Program-made: the position numbers and the translations under genes
Origin: Psammoneis japonica
Taxonomy: Eukaryota
DNA: 46,025 nt
Direction: 5' to 3'
Assembly (NCBI GenBank): GCA_008632985.1
Contig: QPGO01000353.1
Location: forward strand, 1-46,025
Shown here: in pieces, positions 31,501-44,613 of the stretch
Position numbering within the stretch: position 1 is the stretch's first letter
How the letters are laid out: every line of letters starts with the position of its first letter
Notes under the pieces: model-generated
Seen by the model: the letters and a program-made list of their open reading frames with translations, nothing else
Told to the model about the DNA's origin: nothing
The model's database searches: none

Positions 31501-34500
31501 AACGGCCAATGCACTTCTTCTCGTGTGGGAACTCCACCACAGGCATGCAATGGCAGACAGGTTGACACCAATCAAAGAGAGAGAGGGAGGAAATGTCAGG
31601 TGTTGAACCTGTCACCTCTTCTTCTGGGACTCGTCCTCCCACATCCGACATGCCAGTCGCAATCATGCATCGGACATCACACATCCATTTGGCACCATGG
31701 GACCAAAGTTGCCTGTGAGCTCCAGTCCGGCGCAGAGTCACGCGGACTCTTTTCTTCAACTCACGAATGGATGCCTCAGCCAGGTTCTGCCAGGGGCTGT
31801 GTGGGGTGGACACCTCCTGGTGTGTTCTGCATTCCTTGCAAATCTCCTTGGTCTTGCCTTCTGCCATTTCCAGCGTGCCATCCGACACAAGGACTTGCGG
31901 TGTGCCAACGTCATGCACAAATGACATGACGGGATTCGGGTGGTCCTGTTTCCTCTTCCAAGGACAGAACCCATCATGCCCTCTTTCGTTGGTGAATGCA
32001 CTTCCTCCTGTCTCGCCATGTGTCAATTTAACCTTCGAAAACATCTGGTCAGAGTAGAAGCGTCCCTTGACAGCAGGGAACTTAAGCCATGGGGCTTTCT
32101 TCTGGATTTTCTGTTCAGATGGTGTGCAGACATTGCAAACCCCTGCCTGGGTCGTCACTCCAAGGGTGTTCTTAGCAGCCGTCAGACCAATGTTCCACCT
32201 CTTAGAGAGCATCTCGGGTGTGATGGTCGATGCATGACTCGAGGTCGACAGTGCATGGTGCATGCACCCGTTTCCGCTTGGCACAATCCGGGTGGACATC
32301 TGGGTCGTACCGGTCGTGCATCCCATCTCCCTCAATGTCGTTGTGGGAGACATTCACCTGAGCAACTAGGCTGTGATACAGAGAATCGTCATCATTGGTG
32401 TCCATGATGACATTCTCGTCGTGACAAGACGTTTGACACGAATGAATTGAAGCGACACACCTGGTCGCATTCATCATCGTCGCCTGTCCGTCAGACTTTA
32501 CTGATCCTTGGCGTACACTGGCACATGCATGCGCTTCCTCCTTTTGCGCCATGGCATCAGCAGAAGGCTCCCATCTCAGGGGTGATGTGAGTTCCAGCCG
32601 GGGAAGGTTCTCCAGATCCTCCTTGGTCAGCTTGTGTGAGTCAAAAACTGAAGCAACACCTCACATGCGCAATGGCATCCTCATCTTCGAGTCAGGGAAA
32701 GCAACAGAGTGTGTGCTGTTGGGATCAAACTGGCAGGGAGTGTCGTGGACAGTCAGTCCATTTGCTCGCAGTTGGTTGGGGCACAGCAGGGTGTTGGTCA
32801 TCCTGTCCCCAAAAAACACAGCCTCATGGACTGACAGCAGGCATGGTTGTCCATCAGTTGGATCAACCCACATGGCAGCAGCCATGCAAATGGGAATGTT
32901 TTTCATTGGTGCATGCTCTTCGGAGTGAGGATGTGCCACAGCAGTGCGGTCGACATCAGAGTGCTTTACAAAATTGGACCCAACAGCACACGCATCAGCA
33001 TGTGAGTCCAAGTCATTGGTTGCCTCACCATCTGAATGTCCAGCAGATGACAAAGAGACATGCACATCCTTTAAGAATTGCCTGGATAAATGCACAGTGC
33101 CAGCAGGTTTAGTGACAGTCAGTTCTGTGCCTTTTAGTGCTGGCGCAACTGTTCATTCCTCTTTCTGAGGTTTCTTGTGTGCGCTGCATCCAAACTGCTT
33201 GCCTGCATTGGCAGCAGGTTCACCCGACTCTTCGGAGTCCTTTTGTTCATCAGTGGGTTTAGGTTCAGGCTCAGCAACAGCCACCTTTTTAACAGCACGA
33301 GTTTCGGCATCGACCGACTCAGCCTCCAAGGATGCAGCTGCTGCTTTGCATTTCTTCTCGGCTTTCTTGGCCTTGTGAAGCTTCTTAACTTGCTCTTGCT
33401 CAGGACCGTCAAGAGCACTCCACTCTTCAATGGGACAATGGCCTGCCCTGATCCTGGGCTTGTCCTTTTTAGGTTGGTGCTTGCCGCCAGGGTTTCCGTG
33501 CCGGTTGTTGGATGGATGCGATGCCGTGAATGTCAGTGTTGTGGTTCTTGGCATTCTCCACCAGAGTTTTCACATGCTGCTGGCATGCTTCAAAATCCCC
33601 TGGTTTTGTTGGGTCTCCATCCACTGCACTCTTGCCAGTCTCCAACCTGGTGTCGGAGATGCCCTTGAGAAAGTCAGAGACCTTCTTGGTCTCGGCTGCC
33701 GGTTCATCAAGCTCCGACAAGTCGTTGTGAGCTTTCTGATGGAGTTGAGTGCACTGGTCAAAAGTGAATCGACACCATCCAGTGTGCTTTGCCGTGGCAA
33801 TCTGTGCACAGGCACGGTTCTTGCGGGCAGTGGCGGCAGCCGATCCTTCTGCCTGCCTCTTAAGTGCAAAGAAGGCAGTGCAACCATCGTGATCAGCCGA
33901 TCCTTCGGCCTGCCTCTCAATTGCAAAGAAGGCAGTGCGACCATCGCGATTGCGATTGGAAGGTTTGACAAAAGCCCATCCGGGCCCCCCTGTCACCAGC
34001 TTCTTCAAGAGAACATGCAGGTGTTGTCTGTCCTGTGCATGCTGAGCTCCTGCAAGTCGGGTGGCAGCAACAAGGTCTTTGTCAATGGCAGTGCAGGCAG
34101 CAGCCAACATTTCGGCGATGACATCTTCATGCTCCCCAGTTGGGTAGATGAGGGGTGTGCTGGCAACGGCACTGCGGTGGTGGCACAGTTTCAGTCTCCA
34201 GCAACTCTTGGAAGGTGGGCCAGTCACATGGATTCTTGAGTTCCACGGCTGTCTTGGCAGCCAATTCATCGTCCGAGTCCGCTGACTTGAATTGCTCCAG
34301 TTCCATGAGACGTGCCATCCATGTCCCAACAATGTCACCAGTGAAGAGAGCAGCAGTCGGCTGTTGGTTCCGGGCCCTGTGGCAGTCAATCCATGCACGC
34401 AGTGCCTTGAACTTGCAATTTGCCAGGTGTGGGAAGCGGACTTGGGGGTTGGCGGCAGTGTCCACGCTCTTCACAATGCCCTCAGTCACAGCAGCAAGTT

Positions 34501-35354
34501 CTGCCACAGGGACTTGTTCCAAGTCCTGAACAGCAGTGAAGTCTTGACCGGCCATGCAGGCACGCGTCTGCGCATTGCATCCACAATGCGCAAGACAAGC
34601 GGTGAAGGCTGTGGCAGCGGCCATGGTGTGTCAGCAGTTATTTGCATGTCGACGCGTGAGCATCCACTTGTGTGAGTGGAGAAAAGTGAGAAAAATGTGT
34701 GGTTCTTGTGCCGATTTGGTGGTTTCTACTTGGCGAACCTGCGAGCAGGCGGTGTTGCTCCTGAGCAACAATTTCCATCAGACATGTGTCCACATGCACA
34801 GTGTCTGAGCAGTTTGACAATGTATTTTGATTGGTCAAATGCACATGATCAAATGACAGACCTCAACACACAAATCATTGTGTTGTCTTCATCATGAATG
34901 TTTGTGTGTCTTAGCCAACATGTTCTGTCCACATGACCAAACATTCGGTCCACTGACGTCATGTTCAATGGATCACAGCTCTGGTCTCCAAGTGCATGTC
35001 GTTCATGTCCATGAACATTGATGCACACAAAGGACTCAGCGATTGTGCAAGCAACCATGGGACCAACATGGCGCTTGCGGCAAAAATCGATCAATCGCAA
35101 CAATGTCATCATGCCATTCGTGATGCCCATTCCAGGCGATGAACATCACAGTGCATTGGCTCTGACAAAGTGAGTGAACACTGCCACAATGGCCAAGAAT
35201 TGGGTGCAAGACAAGACAGAGTGTTGAACAGCATCAACAGGTTCTAGAATTGTGAGATGTTGCGCCACTGGGACCACTGAACAAGCGACAGTGGACCAAC
35301 AGCCAACAGTGCATAAACTGCCTACATTCATGACAGCATGTCAGCATTCATTCA
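28501..35354 (-). mobile_element. near-complete Ty1/copia (CoDi-like) LTR retrotransposon
   Basis: 5' LTR begins TGAA at 35354; 3' LTR begins TGAA at 28684 after PPT GAGGGGGAC and is cut off at ~28501; gag-pol lies between. Confidence 0.92.
28838..34624 (-). pseudogene. pol: copia gag-pol pseudogene
   Basis: gag from MAAATAF (34624); protease DLDSHADACAVG; integrase FYSDQMF, LVSDG, STPHSPWQNLAEASIRELK; RT FDIK...RKARLMAGGH, ADVQNACL, ALHGLKSSGA; RNase H FVDADHAG...RSHTG...STFGSEF...FCDNEAV...NLADVLTK. Confidence 0.92.
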
Positions 35355-35369
35355 AAACCATTGATGTCA

Positions 35370-37319
35370 CAGTGCAGTGGTGCGAGGTCCCACCTGGCAG
35401 AGCTCGAACACGTCTTTGGGTCAAAACTCAACGGACACCCCGCTTTCAACAAAAAGTTGTTGAAAGTTAGATTTTTCAACAACAATCTGTTGAAAGTTGT
35501 TCTTTCAACAAAAAACATGTTAAAACTTGTGCTTTCAACAAAAAATCTGTTTGTGTTGTCACCGATGCCGTTCAACATCGAATTGTTTGATGCTCTGATG
35601 ATGCAGCAAAAGACAGCTCCTGAGGGCTTTCATTCTGTAGACTGCAGCACATCCAACACCTTTTGTCAACACCTTCACACCTGCCACAAGACATGTTCAA
35701 AGCCACAAGTGTCAACAAGTGCACCGCAGATGGAACCAGTTCGACCTTGTTTTTTTGGGTTGCCGAGTGGGTTGCTCTCATGAGTGACAAGGCAAAATGA
35801 AATGAAGATAAAATTCACAATTGAATTGTTGCTTTGCCTCTCATTCCATTTTCCAACATGCTCCATGTGTCTGCAGATGGGCGGCAGTGATTTGCGATTT
35901 GGAAAATGCGCGCACAGAAGGCTGCCAACATGGTTTTGACTCATGTCGCATTCAAGTGGGCCTCGGAAGAAATTGCCAAAAATGCCAACACCTTGTCACT
36001 TTAATGTGACATGCATTTTTATGGAGTCCTCGCAGATGCCACAAGGTGATGGACCATTGCTGTGCTGACGTTAGAAGAAAATGTGAGTCCGATGCTGACA
36101 AGAAGCGCTCCAGCCCTCTAGCTGGGTGGGACTCCATGTGACATTGGGCCCACAGAATTCCACGTGTTAGCTCCGTAGCACAAGATTTTAATTGATGGGT
36201 GTGTTTGTCTTCCACATCAAATAAACGGCCAAGTTTGTGGTGCAATTGAGCCTCTTGCCACTCGACGTTTTTGCAAATGCGCCTGCCCTGCACGATTCCC
36301 AAGACATTGTAGAATGGTGCTGCAACAAAAAATGTCAAAAGTTGTTGGACAGATTGCTCAAAGGTCCTTCCAGGCAGTGATCTGCTGGTGCCATCCATCT
36401 CACCCAGCGATTCCCCCAGTGGCATGTTGTCAGCGCCATCTGCAGTTCTGAGTGAGAATCCTGGTGGCAAACTGTCAGCGGCTTGATTCTCTCAGCCTGG
36501 CAATCCACCTGCAGCTCCAAGTCTGAGTCCCAGCGTGCTGCGTCTTTGACAGTTTCATCCTTGGAGCCAAGCACCAAGCCATGAGCAACTCCATTAGCCA
36601 CACTGAGCAAATCCCTTTCTTGACACCTTCACAATGGAACTTCTCTGCAATGCCATCTGAAGTGCCAAGTGTGGCCAACGGCAATTGCCCATCAAAAACC
36701 TCTGTCACATGAGCCACATGATGGCCCATCTCACACACCTTCACACTTTTGCCATTTGTTGATTGTGCTTGTGTGGCCGATTGACCATGGTGAAAAGGAA
36801 ATTTTCCCTGCTTGCAGCTTTTCCAGACATCAGTTGCAACCCAAAGTTTCAGCCACACCAAGGGCATCATGCATCACGTCATGCAAAATGCAAGTGGTGA
36901 ATGTCAGAAGCAGGTGTCATGGGGGGGGCAAAGCACACAACAACACAAACAGACAACTCTCATTGATTTCAGGAGAAACAACAGCAGATTTTCAAGTTGT
37001 CTCTTGCCAAATGTCTTTCTTGGAATGCACTTGCACCACTTTTTCACACTGCAGATCAACACAGAGCATGCAAAGTCATTCACAAAATGCTGCTGGACAG
37101 CTCTGGGTGAGCAGTGGCTGTTGAGATGCAAGCATCCAGAGATGGTTGGTGTGTGGTTCTGCCATTCCTTGTGATGTCTAGAGTGGATGGGTTGAAAATT
37201 GTTGAAAGTTACGTCTTTCAATGCAAAATTTGTTGAAAGTTGCAACTTTTGACAAAAAGGTGTTGAAAGTTGTGACTTTCAACAAAAAGTTGTTGAAAGT
37301 TGTTTGGTGACAAACACTG
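35370..37319 (+). mobile_element. putative hAT-like DNA transposon derivative with subterminal repeat arrays
   Basis: Arrays of ~29-30-bp palindromic units TTTCAAC(A)n..GTTGAAAGTT at 35443-35550 and 37190-37300; right end ...CAAACACTG; internal GWDSM*HWAHRI (~36125) and TMVKRKFS (~36785, like hAT S..VER.FS). No clean TSD found. Confidence 0.55.
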
Positions 37320-37494
37320 CAATGACTTTCTTGTTGTCAAAAGCTTCAAAACTGGACATGCTTGAACACACTCATTTGTCTGGAACAATTTGTTGCCAAC
37401 AAGTGCAAAGGGCAACAGACTGAATTTTTTACTGTCCAAGGTGTGATTGGCGTCACAATGCAGACATTGCAATTTCCTGTGATTTCATCCAAGA

Positions 37495-38200
37495 ATGAAG
37501 CATTTCAATTTGAGTCACAGTTTCAACAACTCTGAGGCAACTCCCTGCCCTTGCTGTGCATGCCGCCACCAATCTGGACCCAGTGCACTGTTTGGGGGGG
37601 CATGCCACTGTCTTGCCACCCCTGGCTGTCAATGCAGGGCTCCAAGACCATTGCTCCAAGACCTGCCTGCACTGGATGCTGCAGTGGTCAACAACATGGC
37701 CCAAGTTCCAGCCTTTGCCAACATTGTTCAAGCCAATGCAGCCAGAGCCAAAGCCACTTGCACTGCAGCAGCTTCCACAGCAGTGGCCCCAAAAACTCTG
37801 GTGGAGGCTTTCCCGCAAACTGCACCTGTCGGGCTGCTGCCATCTAGTGTGCCGGACAATGGGGCATTGTGTGCGCTGGAGGCCCATGCACAAGAGCTGG
37901 ACACTGTGTTTTGAGTGGCACCTGTCATCTCCAAAGAGCTCCACAAGTTGGTGTTCCAAGGCAAGGTTGGATCACACGTGCACCAGGTCAATGACTTGAC
38001 AGTGGGCATCTCCCCACTCACCTGTGGATTTTTCTTGAGCAACCAAGGTTTGAATGTCCAGGTGTGCACTGAACAATGTGACCTTGCTCTCTTGGGAAAC
38101 CTCACACCCACGGTGGCAGAGCAGGAACAATTCTGCACCAAGAAATTGCTGCTGCCAACCACCACACACCACTGTGGGAGCATGCTTCAGGGAACCAAAA
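37495..38200 (+). pseudogene. degenerate ORF fragment, possibly ORF1/gag of a DIRS/Ngaro-type element
   Basis: In-frame ALEAHAQELDTVF*VAPVISKELHKLVFQG...NDLTVGISPLTC reads as real protein. The family call is from recollection only. Confidence 0.35.
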
Positions 38201-38309
38201 ACAAAACCCAAAATCTGTTTTTAAGGTGCTGCTGTGATTCTGCCCCACAACTCCAGCAACAAACTAACCCACATCCCCAGCACACTTAACATGCAACACA
38301 GGTGAACAG

Positions 38310-38740
38310 TGATCAGCCTGAAACAGCATTGCCAAAACCATTCTGCCTCACAGATGCTGGACTTAAACATGGGTCTGATGATTGCCAACCAGGTTTGGAG
38401 CCTGTGGGTGGAGTGAGCAAGGTGCTCATCAGCTGAATCAAAAAGTTCTGCTCAGTTCTCAACCAAATAAAATGGCAGTGCTGTGCCATGTTTTGTGGAT
38501 TGGTGTGCTGCACCAGCCATTGCCAGTCATCGGTCATTGGTGATGTGTCATTTGGAGGGAAACTTTTCTGTGGTTCTCCATGAGCTGGTTGCGGTCACTT
38601 GTTGCATGATTGAGTTGCAACAAGCCCAATGAAGCATTCTGTTGATTGTTGCATTGCATCCCACTGGCACTGTGAGCAGCTGAGCCATTTGGCAGCTGGG
38701 CTCATTCGCTTTGTCAGAGCCACAGTCCTCACTCACGTGT
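38310..38740 (-). pseudogene. possible non-LTR (LINE) post-RT fragment
   Basis: RMLHWACCN...QVT and QHCHFIWLRTEQNFLIQL loosely resemble the L.W.Q...PHL...WL...R.FL block downstream of LINE RT. Weak. Confidence 0.25.
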
Positions 38741-38983
38741 GGTGAGTCAGAAAGTGATGTTCAACAACTTTGTCAAATGGTTTGATCAATTGGCATGGAT
38801 GGCAACACATGCCAATCAAACTGAAGGGTGCACGATGATGTTTCATCACCTGGCATCAGTGCATGCAGAGACAGTGGGGGACAAGGCCCCTTCCCATGCT
38901 CACAAGGCCTTGTGTTGCCGCCAACACGGCCTTTCTAACACAACATTCTTGACTCCTTGTGCTCACATGACACAGGTGTCACC

Positions 38984-41900
38984 ATGGCAGCTGCTCCTCT
39001 GAACCCCATCAAAACTGCACTTGAGTGGATTGGTTTTGTGGTGCCTGCTCAGCAGGCATCAATCATGACCAATTTGTCATCTTTTGATGATGTTGTTGAT
39101 CTCAAGGAGAGCAACACTGATTCCATTGCATCCTTGTGTGCAAGAAGGATGGCAGCCAAAAGGCACCTCTGTTTTGGATTAGCCCGCATCCGTCATCTCA
39201 AGGCACTGATCCATTGGGTCCAAGACTTCTGGTGTGTTGGCGAGCATCCAACCCTTGTGGATTTGGATCAAGCATCTTTTCATGATGCACTGCAAGTGGC
39301 TCTCAGTCGGGCCAAGATTTGTGCCCAGCAGAAAGAGCAGACCAATTCTCTGGCTTGGGAGGCATCTCCTGGACTCTTGGAAAACAAGAAACAGTGGCCT
39401 GAGTGGAGCACTGCCCTCAAGAACTTGCAGGGTGCCATGCCAGGCATGAACAATGTGCCACTGATTCATGTGATTCGAGACAACAACAACCCAGACCCTG
39501 AGGGACATGCAACTTTTGCACAGAAGTGCATTGCTTGTGCTCCTCTGCAGGGTCCAGTTTTCAAAGCTGATGTTCATGCTGTTAATCAGTTGATTGTCTC
39601 CTTCAAGAAAGGAATGGCCAGCAAGCAGTGGATCAAGGAGGATTGTCTCCTCCAAAATGGTGGTGTCGACTGTCGCAATCTGGAGGACCATTGCCAGGGC
39701 AAGGGCAACACCACCCATTGCATCTCAGAAGCCAAGCGTTTGGAAGCTGCTTTCTTCCATCACAACAAACATTCCATGACTTTCAAGGTGTTCATCAACA
39801 AACTCCAAGAAATGTTCAACACTTTTGAGCAGAATGATGAACCCAAGACTGATGCTCAGAAGTTGCGCATCTTGTTGGAGAAGACACAGCACCAACAACT
39901 TCAGGCAACCGTTGAGACCCTCAAGGCACAAAACGAGTTTGGAGGAGGCATCACGTTCATGACCGTGGCTGACCATCTTGCTGCTGAGGTTGCAACCCTG
40001 CCAGAGATGACAGTGCACCATCATGCGATTTCATCAGTTGCCTCTGGTGAAGGCGGTGATCCCAGCATCCACAACCCTGATGGCTCCATTGACACTGGGT
40101 TCCACATGAGTTCTAACAACTTGAGTGCAGAGGACAAGAAAAATGTGACAGACAAGCGCATGCACCTGGGTCTCAAGAAGAAACCTGGGTGGCTTGAGAA
40201 GAAGAACCAGAAGCTGTGGTCACAGCTGACTCAAGCAAACCGTAAAATTGCAGCTCTCAGTGCCAATCCAACCGGCTCTGGTTCTGGTGAGGACAACGAT
40301 GGGGCTGACAGTCAGGACCAAGGTGATGGTGGAGGAAACAATGCTTGGAATGTGTTTGGGGGATGCAGTGAACAACAGGACAGGCACGGTGGTGGTCGCA
40401 ACTGACTGGCATGCTGGGCCCTGCTCTCTAGTCTCATTCAGCATGTCTCATGGACAGTGCAATGGGGCGGGGGGCCAGCATTGCCAACGTGCTTGCCGAT
40501 GCATTGGGGAGATCACCACTTCACCCATGCATGTCTCAGTGCATGCACAAGACAACGAGACACCCACACACATGGGAACGACCAGGCAAAGCATGGACGA
40601 TTAGAATTGGATTCGCATGCTGACACCACTGTTTTTGGTTGGAATTTTTCCCTCTTGGGTTGTTCTGGACGCAACTGCAATGCATTGCCCCATGCCGACA
40701 AGTGCGAAGCGATTGAGAGTGTGCCTGTTGTTTCTGTGGCTACGGTGTGGACATCACCAACGATGGGTGCAATGTGCATCTTGGTCTTTCACGTGGGACT
40801 GTGGATGGCTGATTCCATGAATCACTCCCTTGTGAACCCCAACCAAGTGTGGCATTTCGGTGTCATGGTTCAAGATGACCCTTGCCCCACATCACCACTT
40901 TACATCCTCACAGAGGATGATGGGTTCATGCCACCACTTGAAGTCATGGGAACCAGTGTCATTGCGCGGACTCGGACTCCTGCAGAATGGGAACTCCAGG
41001 AGTGCCCACACATCCAGAAGACCTCCCAATTGCCATGGGATCCACATGACATCCAGTTCAAACAAGCAGGAACTTGACGCTCTGTGGAGGAGGAAATGGA
41101 ATTGATGTGGTCAGTTGCAAATGTCCAGACCAGCCCTGGGCCATGCATTTGGCAATGATCCTACACACAGAAACTCTCAAGACGGGGACTGTGGTGGAAG
41201 AAGATTCATTTGTGGTGCAGACCAAGTTCAATCAAGGTTGACAGTGGTGGTTCAAGTCAAAGTGGATTTCAAAAGCATTCTGCCATCAAGACCATCAGGG
41301 ACAAGCCCGAAGATTGCACCTTAGCCAAAGACTTTCATGTCAAAGGAGAGGGCACAGCTTGGTTGCTGCTGCAGACTTGAGTAAATGCTGGGGCATTGGT
41401 TTGAAGCAAGTGGCAACCACACTCAAGCAGACCACTCAGAAATTAGTCAGGTTCATGCCAATGCATTTGGCCAGGCATTGCAAGGTGGATCGGATGCTCA
41501 CCAAGAGCCAAGACTGTGAGGCGAGTGGGTGACCAATGTGATGGACGGCAAGGTGGTGTCATTGGAGGGCAACAAGTGTGCATGGAACCAGAGAGGCACA
41601 ATCAGAATCCAGTGGAAGGTGTGATCTGTGAGATTTGGCGCAAGTGGTTCCACTGCATGGTCAAGAAGCAGGTTCCACCATGTCTTTGGGATTGTGGGGC
41701 AGTTTGGTGTTGCAAGACAATTTCACGTACATTCGTTCATGCTCACCATCTAGATGCCAAAGCACCTCTAGAAGAAATGCTTGGCGAGATGATTGACATC
41801 TCTGAGCACCTAGATTTTGGTTTCTACAACTGGGCATGGTGTCAGGAGAATGCAGGTCTCAGAGACCAGAAACTTGGTGGGTGGCTCGGTGTGTCCCATC

Positions 41901-44613
41901 GCACTGGAAGCCTCATGTCACATTGCATCTTGACACAGACAGGTCATGTCATGTCAAGAACGTCTGTGCAACAAGTCACCAACCTTGAGTCTACAACGCA
42001 AGCTGATCAAGACAGGTTCAACACATTTGATGGGGAGGTCCAATGCCGGCCAAGGGAACAAGACTTCCCAAAAGATGAAGAATGGCGGATCAGTCCCGAA
42101 GACTGGAAGGACTGCCTTGGACATGATGATGAATTCCTCGACAAGTGCAATCATGTCATTAGCACAGAAGAGGTGTTGAATGATGATGATGATAAAAAAG
42201 ATGAGGAAGCCTCACTGGAGGCTGCAGATTGGGGCCATTTGAACATGGAGGTCACTTTCCCATGAGACGACAATGGCCCCGCATTTGCACGCGTTACAAA
42301 GAGGCTGCAGGATGCCAATGGCATTCCAATTGGGACTGCCAATGACAACCCCATTCTAGATGCACAAATGCATGAGGTAGAGCACCCTGATGGGCATGCT
42401 GCCGCATTGTCCCCTGACTCCATTGCCATGAACATGTTTGCACAGATCGACAAGGATGGGAATTGGCACGTCTCATTCGATGATGCAGTTGACTTTTGGA
42501 CAAATGGGGATGTGCCTGAGACCACCTTCTTTGAGACTGAGCAAGGCAATGACAGAAAACGCAAAACAACCAAGGGATGGGAGCTTTTTTTCAGTGGAAG
42601 GATGGCAGCACAACTTGGGTGGATTTGAAGGACTTGAAGGAAAGCTTCCCTGTCCAAGTTGCTGAGTTTGCCATCCAACACAAGATCTCCAAAGAAGCAG
42701 CATTTGGTTCCACATGTGTTGCAAACTCGCAAGCAATCCATGGCAAAAGTGAAGTCAAAGCATTGGTTGAGGACCTGTGAATTTGGAATCAGGAAGCCAA
42801 GGAGTGTCAAGGAGGCTTTAGAACTTGACTGCATGAATGGGGACACCTTGTGGTGGGATTCCATCTGCAAGGAGATGAAGAACATTCAAGTTGTGTTTGA
42901 AAAGTTTGACAGAGAAGAAAGGGATGTCACCCCAGGCTGCCAAGAGATCAAGTGTCACTTTATCTTTGATGTCAAACTTGGGGAGAACTTTCGTTGCATG
43001 GCAAGGATGGTGGCAGGTGGTCACATGACTGAGACCCCAGCCACCATTGCTTGTTCTTCCGTTGTCTCCAGAGATTTGGCAAGGATTGCTCTGACTCCTG
43101 CTGTGCTCAATGACTTGCAAGTGTTCACCTGTGACATCCAGAATGCCTGCCTCACTGCTCCATGCAGAGAAAGGATCTAGACCCAAAAGCTGGTCGAGAA
43201 TTTGGCAAGGAACAAGGTTGCATCATGCTTGCAGTCAGAGCTCTCTACAGATTAAAGAGTTCAGGAGTGGCATTCAGGGCTTTCCCAGCAGAGACACTTT
43301 ACAATCTAGGGTGCAAACTGAGTGAGGCTGATCCAGATGCATGGATGAGACCTGCGGTCAATCTGATGGGCTTGAATGCTGCGAGTGTGTGTTGGTTTAC
43401 ATCGATGATTTACTGTTGATTAGCCACGAACCGATGAAGACCATGGATGGAATCAAGCTCATGTTCAAGCTCAAGGATGACAAAGCAGCCAAACCAGACT
43501 CCTGCCTTGGTGCTGCATTGTCTGAGATGGATGCAGCTGACAGTGCCACGTGTTGGACTGTGTTTGCCAAGAAGTGCTGCAAGGCTGCTGTCCAGAATGT
43601 CGAAGACAAACTGGCCAAGGAGGGAAAGCGGTTGCCCGGAAAGGCTTGCATGCCTTTGAGCAGCGGCTGCAAACCAGAGTTGGACACTTCCAGAGAATTG
43701 GATGCAGCAGGGCTCAATCACTGCCAAGAGCTGGTTGGCACACTCATTTGGGCTGTGAAACTTGGCAGGGTTGATGTTCATCTGGAAGCATTCTTGACAT
43801 CTGCTCTCCTTGCATTGCCATGGATTGGCCATCTGGAACAGGTGCTGCACATGTTCACATGTCTCAAACAGGTTCCAAAATGGCAAATGGCCTTTGATCC
43901 AACCCATCTGGTGATTGATGACCATCAATTCGTTAAGTGCAACTGGTGTGATTTCCATTGGGATGCAAAGGAGGCTGTCCCACCAAATGCGCCGCCACCT
44001 TGATGCAAATGTGTGTCCATGCATTGTTTTGCCGATGCCAACCATGCCACAAATGTTGCAGACCGTCACAGCCATGCAGGCATTTTGATCATCCAACCCA
44101 TCCAGTGATTGATGGCCGTTGATTCATCAAGTGTGACTGGTGTGATTTCCATCGGGATGCAAAGGAGGCTGGAGAATTGGGGCGCAGCAGGGCTCAATCA
44201 CTGCCAAGAGCTGGTTGGCAACACTCATTTGGGCTGTGGAACTTGGCAGGGTTGATGTTCATCTGGAAGCATTTTTGATGTCTGCTCACCTCACGTTGCC
44301 ATGGATTGGCCATCTGGAACAGGTGCTGCACATGTTCGTGTGTCTCAAACAGGTTCCAAAATGGCAAATGGCCTTTGATCCAACCCATCTGGTGATTGAC
44401 GACCGTCAATTTGTCATGTGCAACTGGTGTGATTTCCATTGGGATGCAAAGGAGGGTGTCCCACCAAATGCGCCACCTCCTTGAGGTAAATGTGTGTCCA
44501 TGCATTGTTTTGCCAATGCCAACCATGCCAGAAATGTTGCGGACTGTCGCAGCCATGCAGGCACTTTGATCTTCTTGTGTTGGGCTCCAATTGTCTGGTG
44601 TTCGAAGCGTCAG
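38984..44613 (+). mobile_element. Ty1/copia (CoDi-like) gag-pol pseudogene, internally deleted and duplicated, interrupted in RNase H
   Basis: gag ORF MAAAPLNP... to 40405; protease RLELDSHADT; integrase EPERHNQNPVEGVI; RT FDVKLGENFRCMARMVAGGH, CDIQNACL, ALYRLKSSG, LVYIDDLL; RNase H CFADANHA...APIVWCSKRQ, broken at 44613. Confidence 0.92.
43693..44571 (+). repeat. local duplications: 43693-44090 repeated at 44172-44571; 43897-43977 repeated at 44091-44170
   Basis: GAGAATTGG...TTTGATC twice; ATCCAACCCATC...AAAGGAGG three times. Confidence 0.9.

Noticed and set aside
35443..35550. CRISPR-like array
   Set aside because: Units are contiguous with no unique spacers, there are no cas genes, and the context is eukaryotic transposon DNA.
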